Part shown: one piece after another, positions 1 to 11,130 of the stretch | Layout: every line of letters begins with the position of its first letter | Numbering within the stretch: the stretch's first letter is position 1 | Assembly (NCBI GenBank): GCA_050330095.1 | Contig: JBHJOC010000007.1 | Location: 2,820-66,819, forward strand | Source of the DNA: Hyphomicrobiaceae bacterium | GTDB lineage: Bacteria > Pseudomonadota > Alphaproteobacteria > Rhizobiales > Hyphomicrobiaceae | DNA: 64,000 nt | Direction of reading: 5' to 3' | Program-made: the position numbers and the translations under genes | The notes under the pieces: generated by a model | What the model saw: only the letters and a program-made list of their open reading frames with translations | What the model was told of the DNA's origin: nothing | Databases searched by the model: none

Positions 1-912
1 GATTTCAATCGATTCGGCCGCGTGTTCCGCGTTTTTGTCCAGGCTGAGGCTGATCGCCGCGCGCGGCCTGAGGATATCGCTTCTCTCTATGTGCGAAGCC
101 GTACGGGCGAGATGGTTCCGCTTGCCACGCTTGTCACCGTGACGCCAACACTCGGGCCTGAAACCATCGAGCGCTACAACATGTTCCGTTCAGCGACCGT
201 CAATGGGCAGCCTGCCGCAGGTTTCAGCTCAGGAGATGCAATCGCTGCGATGAACCAGACGGCTGCGACGGCGCTGACAGCCGGCTTCGCAGGCGAATGG
301 ACCGGCATGTCGCGGGAGGAGATCGCGGCGGGTGACGCGGGCGCCCTCGTGTTCGCCCTATCGATCCTGTTCGCCTACCTGTTTCTGGTTGCACAGTATG
401 AGAGCTGGACGATCCCACTGCCCGTCATGCTGTCGGTGGTATTTGCCGTGCTCGGCGCTCTCGGAGCGCTCGCTCTCGCTGGCATCCCGCTCAACGCCTA
501 CGCACAGGTCGGGCTCGTGCTGCTGATCGGGCTCGCGGCCAAGAACGCGATCCTGATCGTCGAGTTTGCAAAGGATCTGCGCGAGCGGGGGACCCCGATC
601 CTGGAGGCGGCAGAACAGGCGGCCTCTTTGAGATTCCGGGCGGTCATGATGACCGCGCTGTCATTCGTGCTTGGTGTCCTGCCGCTGGTGCTGGCATCGG
701 GCGCCGGGGCTGCGAGCCGGGTGTCTGTTGGCATGACCGTCTTCGGTGGCATGCTGGTCGCGACGATCGTAGGCGTGGTCATGATCCCGTCGCTCTATGC
801 CGCGTTTCAAGGCGCTCGAGAATGGATGTCGCGCCGGCCTGCACCGGAGCGGACCACTGCGGACGCCGAACAGACCGCGGCGAGTCAGGGCGCGAATGCG
901 AAACGTGCGTGA
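1..912 (+). CDS. RND (AcrB/MexB-type) efflux permease, C-terminal ~300 aa; 5' end lies outside the window
   Basis: Frame 1 is open from base 1 to the stop at 910-912. The product shows the C-terminal periplasmic subdomain followed by TM helices, including the RND-typical segment [17 protein letters not shown]. Confidence 0.85.
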   Translation, partial: DFNRFGRVFRVFVQAEADRRARPEDIASLYVRSRTGEMVPLATLVTVTPTLGPETIERYNMFRSATVNGQPAAGFSSGDAIAAMNQTAATALTAGFAGEWTGMSREEIAAGDAGALVFALSILFAYLFLVAQYESWTIPLPVMLSVVFAVLGALGALALAGIPLNAYAQVGLVLLIGLAAKNAILIVEFAKDLRERGTPILEAAEQAASLRFRAVMMTALSFVLGVLPLVLASGAGAASRVSVGMTVFGGMLVATIVGVVMIPSLYAAFQGAREWMSRRPAPERTTADAEQTAASQGANAKRA

Positions 913-1050
913 GGAGCACTGTCCGAAGGCGCGTTGGCCCCGGGCAGAAATAGAGCACGACGGGCGGGCCTGGATGATCCGGTCGCGCAGCGAGCGGGCC
1001 GAAATGCCACCGTTGCCCAAGGCTCTCCGCGACGCGACAGTCCGTCCGTC

Positions 1051-1398
1051 TCACCGACCGCCTCTGCGCGCGCATTCGATGCAGGTCGTCACTGATGGAT
1101 CGAACTCCAGGCGCTTGATGGCAATATCCTCACCGCAGGCGAGACATGCGCCGAAACTGTCGTCAGCGATTCTCTGCAGGGCCGCTGCAATGCGCGTCAA
1201 CTCGGACTGGCGCTGACGGTCAGCTGCAAGCGCCAACTGCTGGGCCTGCATGGCATCGATGCGCGATACCCGCCCGACGCTCGTCTGGTCCAGTTCAACC
1301 GGTGATCGGCTCTCGTAACTGATCTGCTTCAAGTCGGTGAGCTCTGCCTGCCGAGAAAGCAGCTTTTGCTTCAGGCGCCCTATATCCCGATGGTTCAT
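1051..1398 (-). CDS. DksA/TraR-family C4 zinc-finger protein
   Basis: 115-aa product with a coiled-coil N-terminus and a C-terminal CxxC-N17-CxxC motif (CLACGEDI...CIECARR). The ATG at 1396-1398 is preceded by GGAG. It lies 48 nt downstream of the ABC ATPase on the same strand. Confidence 0.8.
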   Translation of the reverse strand: MNHRDIGRLKQKLLSRQAELTDLKQISYESRSPVELDQTSVGRVSRIDAMQAQQLALAADRQRQSELTRIAAALQRIADDSFGACLACGEDIAIKRLEFDPSVTTCIECARRGGR

Positions 1399-1445
1399 GT
1401 CGTCTGGCTCCAAGGTCGAAGGCTGCCCGACGCAAGCGCCTCCGA

Positions 1446-2189
1446 TCAGCCGGGTCGCACAGCGGCTTGAAGCCACCCGTCGTTGACGATCTCGCCGTCG
1501 ACCAGTGTCACGTGGCGGTCGACGCGGGCGGCGAGGTCGAGGTTGTGTGTCACCATGATGACGACCTTTCCGGCTTCCTTGGTCAAGCGGCGGAACAGTT
1601 GGAACACGACCTCGGAGTTTTTCGAGTCGAGGTTGCCCGTCGGTTCATCCGCGATCACGATCAGGGGATCGTTGGCAAGGGCTCGAGCGATCGCGACCCG
1701 CTGGCGCTCGCCGCCGGACAATTGATGCGGCCGCTTGAGGCCAGCGCCAGACAAGGCGAACTGCTCGAGCAGCGCATCGGCGCGCGCCGCCATCGCGTCC
1801 GGCGACCATAGTCCGAGCTTGCGCATCGGCAACATGACGTTGTCGCGCGCACTGAACTCGCCGAGCAGAAAATGAAATTGGAACACGAAGCCGATGTCCC
1901 GCAGGCGGATCATTTCGCGCTCGCTTGGAGATGCAGCCGTCGCATCAACGCCGTTGATGAAGATCCGGCCGCGCGTTGGCGTATCCAGGAGCCCGATCAG
2001 GTAAATGAGCGACGACTTGCCAGAGCCTGATGGGCCTGTGACGGCAAGGAATTCGCCTGGCGCGACGCTCATCGACACGTTCTTGACCAGTGTGACGGGC
2101 TCCGGGCCGTCATGGAGAATGCGCGTCACGTCCTCGAGGATCACGGCTCGCGTGCCGGGTGTGCCTGGCTGGCGCTCTTCGTTCGTCAT
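1446..2189 (-). CDS. ABC transporter ATP-binding protein (MacB/LolD-type)
   Basis: Walker A GPSGSGKS, signature LSGGERQRVAIARAL and Walker B LIVIADEPT are present. Its start overlaps the upstream permease stop by 4 nt. Confidence 0.9.
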   Translation of the reverse strand: MTNEERQPGTPGTRAVILEDVTRILHDGPEPVTLVKNVSMSVAPGEFLAVTGPSGSGKSSLIYLIGLLDTPTRGRIFINGVDATAASPSEREMIRLRDIGFVFQFHFLLGEFSARDNVMLPMRKLGLWSPDAMAARADALLEQFALSGAGLKRPHQLSGGERQRVAIARALANDPLIVIADEPTGNLDSKNSEVVFQLFRRLTKEAGKVVIMVTHNLDLAARVDRHVTLVDGEIVNDGWLQAAVRPG

Positions 2190-3430
2190 GCCGCGCCCCG
2201 GATCACGTCGACCGGATTGAGGGCCGCAGCGGCACGCGCCGGCAGGAACGCTGCGAGAACGGAGACCAGGATCGCGATTCCGCCCCCTGAGATGTAATGC
2301 CAGATTGATCGGTTGAGAATGAAGCCTTGGGCGCGGATCATGCCCTCGATGTCGAACTCAATCGACGCAAGGAGGAGCGTCAGAAGGTAGCCAAGCACCC
2401 ACCCGAGCAGGACGCCGGTACAGCCGACGATCAAGCCCTGGAAGACGAAGATGAGGCGGATGTCGCGTTCAGAAAATCCTATTGATTTCAGAATCGCGAC
2501 GTCGTGGCGCTTCTCGTTCACGATGGTCGAGATGATGTTGTAAATTCCGAACGCGGAAACGAGCAGAATGGCGCCGACCGTTGAGTACATAATCCCGTTC
2601 TGAATGACGAAAATTCCGAAGATGTTCTGGTTCGCCTCCGTCCATGTCTCGGCCTTGTAGCCAAAGCGGCGCTCAAGGTCGCGGGCGACCGCATCGGCCT
2701 GCTCGATGTCGGCGAGCCGGATGCGGATCTGGTCGATCACGTTGGCGCGCGCCTGCAGCACCTGGTTCTTCTTGAGGCTGACGTAGCCGCGGCTGTCGTC
2801 GAGGTTCACGATCCCGGTCTCGAACAGACCGACGACCTTCATTGCAAGCGTCACGCCCTGCCCGGAAATCAGCGTTACTGTATTGCCGACCGTGATCCCG
2901 GCTTTCCTTGCGAGCGTGGCGCCAAGGATCAATCCGTTCTGGTTGGCGACCAAATCCTGCAGTCGGCCCTCTACCATGTCCGCATCGAGGCTCGACACGC
3001 GGCTCTCGATCGAGGGGTCGATACCGAACAGGGTGACCGACACATCCCGAGAGCCATAGCGAATGAACGCCTGTCCCGTCAGCGTCGGGGCAACCGCGAG
3101 ATCGCTGCGCTGGGCGAGATCGGCGAGGATCTCGTTGGCGATCCTGACACCACGCGGCTCGTTGCGAGGTTTGAGGCCGCGCAGCTCGACCGCGTCTGCG
3201 ATGCGCGCTGCAATGGCGGGTTGGATCGGCGCGGTACGGAACTCGTCACGGATGACGATGTGGGGCGAGATATCGACGATGCGGCGCACGAAGTCCTGCT
3301 GGAAGCCTTGCATCAATGCGGAGATGCCGATGTAGAATCCGACGCCCAGCATCACACCCAGAACCGAAACGGCCGTCTGGCGTGGGCGGCTCAGGACATA
3401 GGCTCTCGCAATCGCGAACTGCTCGGTCAT
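2186..3430 (-). CDS. ABC transporter permease, FtsX/LolCE/MacB-type
   Basis: 414 aa with an N-terminal TM helix, a large periplasmic domain and a C-terminal FtsX-like TM bundle. It is coupled by 4-nt overlaps to the adaptor gene upstream and the ATPase downstream. Confidence 0.85.
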   Translation of the reverse strand: MTEQFAIARAYVLSRPRQTAVSVLGVMLGVGFYIGISALMQGFQQDFVRRIVDISPHIVIRDEFRTAPIQPAIAARIADAVELRGLKPRNEPRGVRIANEILADLAQRSDLAVAPTLTGQAFIRYGSRDVSVTLFGIDPSIESRVSSLDADMVEGRLQDLVANQNGLILGATLARKAGITVGNTVTLISGQGVTLAMKVVGLFETGIVNLDDSRGYVSLKKNQVLQARANVIDQIRIRLADIEQADAVARDLERRFGYKAETWTEANQNIFGIFVIQNGIMYSTVGAILLVSAFGIYNIISTIVNEKRHDVAILKSIGFSERDIRLIFVFQGLIVGCTGVLLGWVLGYLLTLLLASIEFDIEGMIRAQGFILNRSIWHYISGGGIAILVSVLAAFLPARAAAALNPVDVIRGAA

Positions 3431-4551
3431 GATCGCTCCAGCCGCCGTCGTGCCTGCTCGGCGTCGCGCACGACGACCGTATCATCGCTGATGCCCGACA
3501 CGATCTCGATCTGTGCCTCGGAACGGATGCCGGTTTCGACGGGCAAACGCTGAATGCGTCCGCGGTCGATAATGTACACGTGACCGTCGAGGACGCTGCT
3601 GACCGGGAGCAGTCTGGCGTTCTCAGCTTCCCTTACGACGATGTTGATGTCCGTCGTCATGCCGACCATCAGGCCTGTTTCCGGTGGCAAGCTGATGCGA
3701 ATGCGGAACGTCTTGCCGACCGGGTCGCCCTGCAGCGTGATGTGAGAGACTGCGCCGCGGACCACGCGATCGGGAAACGCGTCCGATTTGACGAGTACGG
3801 TCTGGCCCTGTCGAACCGTCGCGATATCCTCTTCATCGATCGTGGCGGTGACTTGCAGTTCCGTCGGGTCACCAACCCAGATGACCGGACGACCAGCTTC
3901 GATCAGCTCTCCCAACTCGCCTTCTCGACGCAACACCACGCCGTCGATGGGCGACACCAGCTGCATGCGCGCGATGCGATACTTCTGCGCTTCGACCCGT
4001 GCGAGCGCTTCTTCGCGTTGGGCCCGGAGCTCATCGACCTGGGCGCGTGGGATGATGGTGCGTTCGACGAGGACGAGTTTGCGGTTCAGCTCCTCGGTCA
4101 AGAGACGAGCGCGCGCTTCGAGTTCGCCGAGGATGGCACGCTCGACAGCATCGTCCTGAAGCGCGAGCACTTGGCCGCTTTGGACCTGTTCGCCCTCGGC
4201 GACACGGAACGCGACGAGCCGCGCTGTCTGGACCGCTGCGAGCCGTGCCCATGTGACGGGCTCGACCTGACCCGTTCCATAGACGGCAAGCACGGCAGTG
4301 CCACGCACCGGGGCCACTGTGTCCAGACGCGGCTGCGCCGTGGTGCGAGCGAGCCAGAGCCCGGCTGCAAGGGCGAGCGCCGCGATCAGCGTCCATCGTG
4401 TCCATGGCCCAAGCCGCAGCCAGGGCGGGGTCAACGTCTTCGACATCGCCGAAACCTGGGCAGGCCAGCCGGTCCGGTGTGCGGAGAGCGGACTGGATGG
4501 CTGCCGCTCCCGCTTCACCCGGCTATCGGTTTTCTGGTCATCGAGCAGCAT
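3427..4551 (-). CDS. HlyD/MFP-family periplasmic adaptor subunit
   Basis: TM anchor (WTLIAALALAAGLWLA), coiled-coil hairpin region and beta-barrel C-terminus typical of membrane fusion proteins. Third-codon positions stay GC-rich back to the ATG at 4551. An alternative ATG lies at 4446. Confidence 0.8.
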   Translation of the reverse strand: MLLDDQKTDSRVKRERQPSSPLSAHRTGWPAQVSAMSKTLTPPWLRLGPWTRWTLIAALALAAGLWLARTTAQPRLDTVAPVRGTAVLAVYGTGQVEPVTWARLAAVQTARLVAFRVAEGEQVQSGQVLALQDDAVERAILGELEARARLLTEELNRKLVLVERTIIPRAQVDELRAQREEALARVEAQKYRIARMQLVSPIDGVVLRREGELGELIEAGRPVIWVGDPTELQVTATIDEEDIATVRQGQTVLVKSDAFPDRVVRGAVSHITLQGDPVGKTFRIRISLPPETGLMVGMTTDINIVVREAENARLLPVSSVLDGHVYIIDRGRIQRLPVETGIRSEAQIEIVSGISDDTVVVRDAEQARRRLERS

Positions 4552-4642
4552 TACCGAACCGCCATTACCCCGCTGTCCGCCGGCCGATCATGCCGACCTG
4601 CGCACGGTAATGCCAATTCCCAGCGGGAAAAGGGCCGCTACG

Positions 4643-4676
4643 TTCAATCTGCGACTTTCAATCTGCGACGTTCAAT
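4643..4676. repeat. Tandem direct repeat, 14-nt period (TTCAATCTGCGAC x2 plus a partial third copy)
   Basis: TTCAATCTGCGAC occurs at 4643-4655 and again at 4657-4669, then TTCAAT at 4671-4676. The repeat sits in the spacer between the secA stop and the adaptor-gene start. Confidence 0.9.
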
Positions 4677-4787
4677 TCGGGCTGCCCGCTGGCGTACGAG
4701 CGCGCGAGGTGGCTCTGTTCGCCACCCCTCCGCATGAGCCATGGAACCGCCGCGTCCCGCTCAGGTGGACGGGATATCGGGTGTCCG

Positions 4788-7631
4788 TCAGCTATATTGC
4801 CCGTGGCAGTGCTTGTACTTCTTGCCTGAGCCACACGGACAGGCCTCGTTGCGCGCAACCTTGCCCCACGTCGCGGGATTGCTCGGATCGCGGGACTTGG
4901 CTGCGACGCGGTTTCGCACCGGCGCGGTTTTGAGTTCGCCATCCTCGCGTGCTGCGGATGTACGGCTCTCGTTGCGGATCGCCTGATCGGCGAGCGCGAG
5001 ATGGTCGATGCCGTCGCCGTATTGAGGCTGGAACTGCGGATGGATTGCTTCCAATGGTGGTAGCTGCTCTTCGTCGTAGAGGGGCATTTCGGGAACGAGT
5101 CTGATGTGCATCAACTGGCCCGTCACCGCCTCGCGCAGCTTGACGAGCATCGCCTCGAACAGCAGGAAGGCCTCGGACTTGTACTCGTTCAGCGGGTCCC
5201 GTTGGCCATAAGCGCGGAAGCCGATCACCTGACGCAGGTGTTCGAGCGTGACCAGATGTTCGCGCCACAGGTGATCAAGCGTCTGCAGCAGAACCGCCTT
5301 CTCGACCTCACGGATATTCTGCTCGCCGATCTCGACGGCCTTCTCGACGGCCTTGGCGTCGACGGCTTCGATCAGCCGCTGCTTGATCTCTTCGTTGGCG
5401 ATGCCTTCTTCGGCCGCCCAGCTGGCGATCGGCTCTTCGAGATCGAAAATCGTTCGCACTTCGTCTTCGAGCTTTGGGATCTCCCACTGCTCGGCGTAGG
5501 CCTTTTCAGGGACGTACTTGGCGACCAGGGCTGCAACCACGTCGTGGCGCATGTCGCGGATCGTTTCAGAGACGTCGTCCTGTGCCATAATGTCGATGCG
5601 CTGATCAAAAATGACCTTGCGCTGATCGTTCATTACGTCGTCGTACTTGAGGATCTGCTTGCGGATGTCGAAGTTGCGCGCCTCGACCTTCCGCTGAGCC
5701 ATTTCGAGCGACTTGTTCATCATCGGGTGCGCAATCGCTTCGCCGCGCTGCAAACCGAGCGAGCCGAGGATCTTGTCCATCCGGTTGGACCCGAAGATTC
5801 GCATCAGGTCGTCCTCGAGCGACAGATAGAACTTCGAGCGGCCCGGATCGCCCTGGCGGCCCGAGCGGCCGCGCAGCTGGTTGTCGATCCGGCGGCTCTC
5901 GTGGCGCTCTGTGCCGATCACGTAAAGACCGCCCGGGCGGGTGATCGTCTTGGCTGGCTTCGTGCCCTTGGCGGGCTCGATCTCGATCACCTGTTCAGCC
6001 GCGAGTACGTCTGCGCGCGCCTGCGCGATCTCATCGCGGATCCGGGCCAGCGCTGCATCGCGCGCCACACCCGGCTCCATCTCCCCGACCTCGTCGGCGA
6101 TGCGCATCTCGAGGTTGCCGCCGAGCTGGATGTCGGTGCCCCGGCCAGCCATGTTGGTTGCAATCGTCACGGCACCGGGCACGCCGGCTTGCGCGATGAT
6201 GTAGGCTTCTTGCTCGTGGTAGCGCGCGTTGAGCACCTGGTGCGTCACGCCGCGCTCGGTCAGCAATTTCGAAAGGTGCTCGCTCTTCTCGATGGAAGCC
6301 GTGCCAACCAGGACGGGCTGCCGGCGTTCACGCGCAGCCTCGATCTCGTCGATGATGGCTTCCCACTTTTCCTCCGCAGTCCGATAGATCTCGTCGTCAT
6401 CGTCGATGCGCGCCACGGGCACATTGGTCGGAATCTCGATCACATCGAGACCATAAATGTCGAGGAACTCGTCGGCCTCGGTGGCGGCCGTGCCGGTCAT
6501 CCCGCCCAGTTTCTCGTAAAGGCGGAAGTAATTCTGGAACGTGATGGAGGCGAGCGTCTGGTTTTCTGGCTGGATATCGACGTTCTCTTTCGCCTCCAGC
6601 GCCTGATGCAGCCCTTCCGAATAGCGCCGACCCGGCATCATTCGTCCCGTGAATTCATCGATGATCACGACGTCGCGCCCGCGGACGATGTAGTCCTTGT
6701 CGCGCTGGAACAGCTTGTGTGCCTTCAGCGCTTGGGTCGCGTGGTGCACCAGAGTGACGTTCTCGATGTCGTAGAGGGAGCCGGTCATCAGCCCGTCCTC
6801 GACCATCATGGCCTCGAGTTTCTCGTTGCCGGACTCGCTGAAGGTGACGGTTCGTTGCTTTTCGTCGACCTCGAAATCACCTGCGACCAGCTTCGGGATG
6901 TATTTGTCGACGGCGATGTAGAGATCCGCCTTGTCGTCGATCGGGCCCGAGATAATCAGGGGCGTCCGGGCTTCGTCGATCAGGATCGAATCGACCTCGT
7001 CGACGATCGCGAAGGCATGATCGCGCTGAACCATTTCGCGGCGCGCCATCTTCATGTTGTCGCGCAGGTAATCGAACCCGAGTTCGTTGTTGGTAGCGTA
7101 CGTGACGTCGCAGGCATATGCCGCTTGACGTTCGGCGTCGTCCATCTCGTTGACGATCACCCCGACGGACAACCCGAGGAATCGGTAGACTTGCCCCATC
7201 CATGCCGCGTCGCGTCGCGCGAGGTAGTCGTTGACCGTGACGACATGGACACCGCGCCCCGTCAGTGCATTCAGGTAGACGGCGAGAGTTGCAACGAGCG
7301 TTTTACCCTCGCCCGTCTTCATCTCAGCGATTTTGCCGTCGTTCAGAACCATCCCACCGATCAACTGCACGTCGTAGTGGCGCTGTCCGAGCGAGCGCTT
7401 GGCGCCTTCACGAACGGTCGCAAACGCTGGCACCAACAGGTCGCTGATGCTCGCGCCTTCGGCAATCTGCTTCCGGAAAGCCTCGGTGCGCGCGCGCAGG
7501 GCGTCGTCAGAAAGCTGCTCCAGTTCCGGCTCGAGCGCATTGATCTGCTCGACGCGAGCCCGATATGCCTTGACCTTGCGGTCATTCGATGAGCCGAATA
7601 CCTTCGAGGCCAGTTTGCCGAGCGAAATCAT
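4788..7631 (-). CDS. secA: Preprotein translocase ATPase SecA
   Basis: N-terminus [25 protein letters not shown]-like [19 protein letters not shown], and C-terminal zinc motif [14 protein letters not shown]. The ORF-track start at 7772 adds 47 non-conserved residues, so I prefer the ATG at 7629-7631. Confidence 0.97.
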   Translation of the reverse strand: MISLGKLASKVFGSSNDRKVKAYRARVEQINALEPELEQLSDDALRARTEAFRKQIAEGASISDLLVPAFATVREGAKRSLGQRHYDVQLIGGMVLNDGKIAEMKTGEGKTLVATLAVYLNALTGRGVHVVTVNDYLARRDAAWMGQVYRFLGLSVGVIVNEMDDAERQAAYACDVTYATNNELGFDYLRDNMKMARREMVQRDHAFAIVDEVDSILIDEARTPLIISGPIDDKADLYIAVDKYIPKLVAGDFEVDEKQRTVTFSESGNEKLEAMMVEDGLMTGSLYDIENVTLVHHATQALKAHKLFQRDKDYIVRGRDVVIIDEFTGRMMPGRRYSEGLHQALEAKENVDIQPENQTLASITFQNYFRLYEKLGGMTGTAATEADEFLDIYGLDVIEIPTNVPVARIDDDDEIYRTAEEKWEAIIDEIEAARERRQPVLVGTASIEKSEHLSKLLTERGVTHQVLNARYHEQEAYIIAQAGVPGAVTIATNMAGRGTDIQLGGNLEMRIADEVGEMEPGVARDAALARIRDEIAQARADVLAAEQVIEIEPAKGTKPAKTITRPGGLYVIGTERHESRRIDNQLRGRSGRQGDPGRSKFYLSLEDDLMRIFGSNRMDKILGSLGLQRGEAIAHPMMNKSLEMAQRKVEARNFDIRKQILKYDDVMNDQRKVIFDQRIDIMAQDDVSETIRDMRHDVVAALVAKYVPEKAYAEQWEIPKLEDEVRTIFDLEEPIASWAAEEGIANEEIKQRLIEAVDAKAVEKAVEIGEQNIREVEKAVLLQTLDHLWREHLVTLEHLRQVIGFRAYGQRDPLNEYKSEAFLLFEAMLVKLREAVTGQLMHIRLVPEMPLYDEEQLPPLEAIHPQFQPQYGDGIDHLALADQAIRNESRTSAAREDGELKTAPVRNRVAAKSRDPSNPATWGKVARNEACPCGSGKKYKHCHGQYS

Positions 7632-8089
7632 AATTTTGGCCGTCCGTTCTGGTCGTCGCCCAGTTGCAGGGCGCGTGTCAGGATCGTGTTGGTCGGGGGG
7701 ATTTGCACCATTGCGGGCCAGCCATGCAACGCCCCGTTCGGTCCGAGCCACCCTCGATTGGCCCTGAGGCACGTCTCATTGACTTGAGGTCCTGCGGGCT
7801 GACGGTGAGCCGTGCCGCGGCGCACGCCAACACGCGCTGTTGAGCTATGAGCGAAACCTCTGTCCGGTGGTGACATAGGAACCCGCTGCCGGTCGTGTCA
7901 ATTGAACACCCCGTCAAAAGCCAGACTGTCAGCTGGCGCGTGAGCCTCACGGTCCCACGCGAGGACAGGGTGGGCCTATACCGAATGTTCATTTCACACC
8001 GGGGCTCTGCGCGTCTAAACGGGGAGCTTGGCCGGCATTCGAAAGCGGGTGCCGCGCTTGGCTCTCGGTACCAACTTGCGGTGCCATGG

Positions 8090-8968
8090 ATGGGAAGGTC
8101 GATCGTGAAACGTTGTGACGTTGTCAGAGCGAATATACTTGGCGGGCTATTGGTGATCGGCCTGTTGTGCGGGGGCCCCCCCGCGGTGGCCGAGAGCGCG
8201 AAGGTGCTCGCGACGGTCAACGGCGTCGCAATCACGGAAACGCACCTCGAGATGGCGGAGGCCGAATTCGGCAGCCAGCTCGCCAGGGTGCCCGAGGGCG
8301 AACGGCGCCGGATCCTGGTCGAATTCCTGATCGAGAACCAGCTCATCGCCGCAGAGGCCCAGAAAACAGGCACGGCCGCGACCCAGGCCTTCAAGGAGAG
8401 GCTGGCATATTACGAGCGGCGCGCGCTTCGTGACACGTTCTTCGAGACGAACATCCGCGACAGCGTAAGCGACACCGACGCGCGGGCCGTCTACGATGAA
8501 GAGGTGAAGTCCCTGCCGCAGACAGAAGAGGTGAAGGCCTCCCACATTCTCGTCGAAACCGAAGAGAAGGCCAAAGAGATCTTCCAGACGCTGTTGCACG
8601 ACGGTGATTTCGCCAAGCTCGCAGCGGAACACTCGCTCGATCCTGGCAGCAAGGCCAATGGCGGCGATCTTGGCTACTTCACACGCGGCCGCATGGTGCC
8701 GGAGTTCGAGACTGCGGCCTTCGAGCTCAAGGTCGACGAGATCTCGGTGCCGGTGAAATCACAGTTCGGCTGGCACATCATCAAGGTCACCGACCGTCGC
8801 GACCAGCCCCCCCCGGATTTCGATGAAGTCAAGGAAGAGCTCAAGGTCACGCTGATCCGCAAGAAGGTGCGCGAGCTCGTCACGCAATATCGGGAGGCTG
8901 CAACCGTGGATTACCTCGACCCGGAGCTCAAAGCGCTCGCCGAGGAAGCCGCTAAGCGTCCGCGCTGA
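8090..8968 (+). CDS. Periplasmic parvulin-type peptidyl-prolyl isomerase (PpiC/SurA-like)
   Basis: Signal-peptide-like N-terminus (ILGGLLVIGLLCGGPPAVA) and parvulin motifs ASHILV, GGDLGYF and GWHIIKV. The ATG at 8090 is in frame. Confidence 0.85.
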   Translation: MGRSIVKRCDVVRANILGGLLVIGLLCGGPPAVAESAKVLATVNGVAITETHLEMAEAEFGSQLARVPEGERRRILVEFLIENQLIAAEAQKTGTAATQAFKERLAYYERRALRDTFFETNIRDSVSDTDARAVYDEEVKSLPQTEEVKASHILVETEEKAKEIFQTLLHDGDFAKLAAEHSLDPGSKANGGDLGYFTRGRMVPEFETAAFELKVDEISVPVKSQFGWHIIKVTDRRDQPPPDFDEVKEELKVTLIRKKVRELVTQYREAATVDYLDPELKALAEEAAKRPR

Positions 8969-9102
8969 GACCCGATCGTTGTGTTGCGACCGCGTTGCAT
9001 GGCGCGCCATCGATCCTTTCAGCTTTTGAAATTCCCGTTGACGCTGCAGCATCCGCGGGCCTTTCCTCTCGCCCGCTCGAAATCCGCCATAAGGGGTCGA
9101 CC

Positions 9103-10353
9103 GTGGGCAGCACTTCGAAGCCGTCGCCTTTCGCACCAAAGAGCCTTGCGACGCTGAAACCAATCGATGGCGCACGGTTTGCGACCGCGCAGGCCGGAAT
9201 AAGGTACCAGGATCGTACGGACTTGATGGTCGCCTTGCTCGACGAGGGCACGGCTGTTGCTGGCGTTGCGACCCGCTCCGCGACCTGTTCGGCTGCCGTC
9301 GAATGGTGCAGGAGTTCACTCGCCTCTGGCACCGATGCGCGGATCCTCGTGGTCAATTCCGGCAATGCGAACGCGTTCACCGGGTTGCGTGGGCGTCAGG
9401 CTGTGGAGGCCACGGCCGACGCTGCTGCAGCAGCGGCAGGGTGCTCCATCGACCAAGTGTACGTGTCGTCGACTGGGGTCATCGGCGAGCCACTCGATGC
9501 AAGCACATTCACGCATCTGCTCGCCGATCTTGTCGCCCGCGCCGAACCGGATGCTTTCGAGGCTGCCGGCCGCGCGATCATGACGACAGACACCTATCCA
9601 AAGCTTGCCACGCGCACGGTCGTTCTCGGCGACATTACCGTCACGCTCAACGGCATTTGCAAAGGCGCCGGCATGATCGCGCCTGATATGGCGACAATGC
9701 TGTGCTACATGTTCACCGATGCGGCGATCGCGAGCCCGGTGCTGCAGCGCCTTCTCGAAGCCCACGTTGAGACGACGTTCAATTGTATGACCGTTGATGG
9801 CGACACCTCGACAAGCGACACGTGCCTGCTGTTTGCGACCGGAGCTGCTGCGCTGCGTGGCCAGAAGCCGATCGTCGATCTGGCCGACCCGCGGCTTGCG
9901 CCCTTCGACCTCGCGCTGCAGGACCTCATGCGGGAGCTTGCGATCCAGATCGCGAAGGACGGCGAAGGCGCGAGCAAGTTCGTGACGTTCGCGGTGAGCG
10001 GTGCCGAAGATTTCCAGGCCGCACGCACGATTGCCAAGGCGTGCGCCAATTCGCCGATCCTCAAGACTGCGATTGCTGGCGAAGACCCGAACTGGGGCCG
10101 CGTCGTCATGGCGGTCGGCAAGTCCGGTGAAGCTGCAGATCGCGATCGCCTGGCAATCTGGTTCGGGCCGCATTGTGTAGCGCGTGAGGGCGAACGCGCG
10201 GCCGAGTACGATGAGGCAACCGTCGCAGCCTACATGAAGGGCGCCGAACTCGAGATACGGATCGACGTTGGCGTCGGGAGCGGCGCTGCAACCGTGTGGA
10301 CCTGTGATCTGACCCACGACTATGTGGCGATCAACGCTGACTATCGAAGCTGA
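9103..10353 (+). CDS. argJ: Bifunctional glutamate N-acetyltransferase / amino-acid acetyltransferase ArgJ
   Basis: Contains the ArgJ self-cleavage region IAPDMATML and the TTDT motif. A GTG at 9103 is preceded by AAGGGG. The ORF-track start at 8995 is probably too far upstream. Confidence 0.9.
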   Translation: MGSTSKPSPFAPKSLATLKPIDGARFATAQAGIRYQDRTDLMVALLDEGTAVAGVATRSATCSAAVEWCRSSLASGTDARILVVNSGNANAFTGLRGRQAVEATADAAAAAAGCSIDQVYVSSTGVIGEPLDASTFTHLLADLVARAEPDAFEAAGRAIMTTDTYPKLATRTVVLGDITVTLNGICKGAGMIAPDMATMLCYMFTDAAIASPVLQRLLEAHVETTFNCMTVDGDTSTSDTCLLFATGAAALRGQKPIVDLADPRLAPFDLALQDLMRELAIQIAKDGEGASKFVTFAVSGAEDFQAARTIAKACANSPILKTAIAGEDPNWGRVVMAVGKSGEAADRDRLAIWFGPHCVAREGERAAEYDEATVAAYMKGAELEIRIDVGVGSGAATVWTCDLTHDYVAINADYRS

Positions 10354-10425
10354 GTTGCCAGGACTGCGGGCGCTGCCACCCAACCCCAAGGCACAGGTAG
10401 AGGCAGCACAAGGCACGTTGGGAGC

Positions 10426-11130
10426 ATGACCCTGGCCCAGGCGATTGAACATGAGTTCTGGCATGAGCGCTGGCGGGCCGGGCACATCGGCTTCCACGAT
10501 CTGAGCGTGAACAAGCTCCTGATGAAACATTGGCCGCGGGTCTGTCCCGATCCGACGGCTGGGGTTTTCGTTCCACTGTGCGGCAAGAGCCTCGACATGG
10601 TCTGGCTTGCGGAGCGCGGGCACGCGGTGATCGGCGTTGAACTCAGCGACATCGCAATCAGGGACTTTTTCTCCGAACGAGACCTCACGCCGGATGTTGT
10701 GCGAGAAGGCGCATTCGAGGTCTGGCGGGGCGGTCCGTTCGAGCTTTGGTGTGGAGATTTTTTTGAGCTGCCGCATCGCGTTACGGCTCGTGTTGCGGCC
10801 GCCTACGACCGCGCGAGCCTGATCGCGCTGCCCACAGACCTCAGACCGCGATACGCGGCCCATATGGCCGAGATCGCGCCGCGCGACGCAACGACGCTGC
10901 TGCAAACGATCGCCTATGACCAGGCCGAGATGGAGGGGCCGCCGTTTTCTGTGTCGCCGGACGAGGTTGAGCGCCTCTACGCCGGCCTCAGAAAGGTTCA
11001 ACACCTCGAAACACGCGATGCCCTCGAGGGTTCCAAGAACCTTCAAGCACGCGGGCTGACAGCACTGACGACGACCATCTCACTGATCGGCCCGCGGGTT
11101 GATGGGCGCACCGCGGAGGCTGACGGATGA
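10426..11130 (+). CDS. tpm: Thiopurine S-methyltransferase family protein
   Basis: N-terminal FWHERW and the SAM-binding segment [28 protein letters not shown] match the TPMT family. Confidence 0.8.
   Translation: MTLAQAIEHEFWHERWRAGHIGFHDLSVNKLLMKHWPRVCPDPTAGVFVPLCGKSLDMVWLAERGHAVIGVELSDIAIRDFFSERDLTPDVVREGAFEVWRGGPFELWCGDFFELPHRVTARVAAAYDRASLIALPTDLRPRYAAHMAEIAPRDATTLLQTIAYDQAEMEGPPFSVSPDEVERLYAGLRKVQHLETRDALEGSKNLQARGLTALTTTISLIGPRVDGRTAEADG

Noticed and set aside
5106-7592. 828-aa ORF on the plus strand
   Set aside because: It is entirely antisense to secA. The product is Arg/Leu/His/Asp-rich with no recognisable motifs, which is typical of a shadow ORF in high-GC DNA.
9316-11046. 576-aa ORF on the minus strand
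   Set aside because: It is antisense to argJ and tpm and has no motifs, so I treat it as a shadow ORF.
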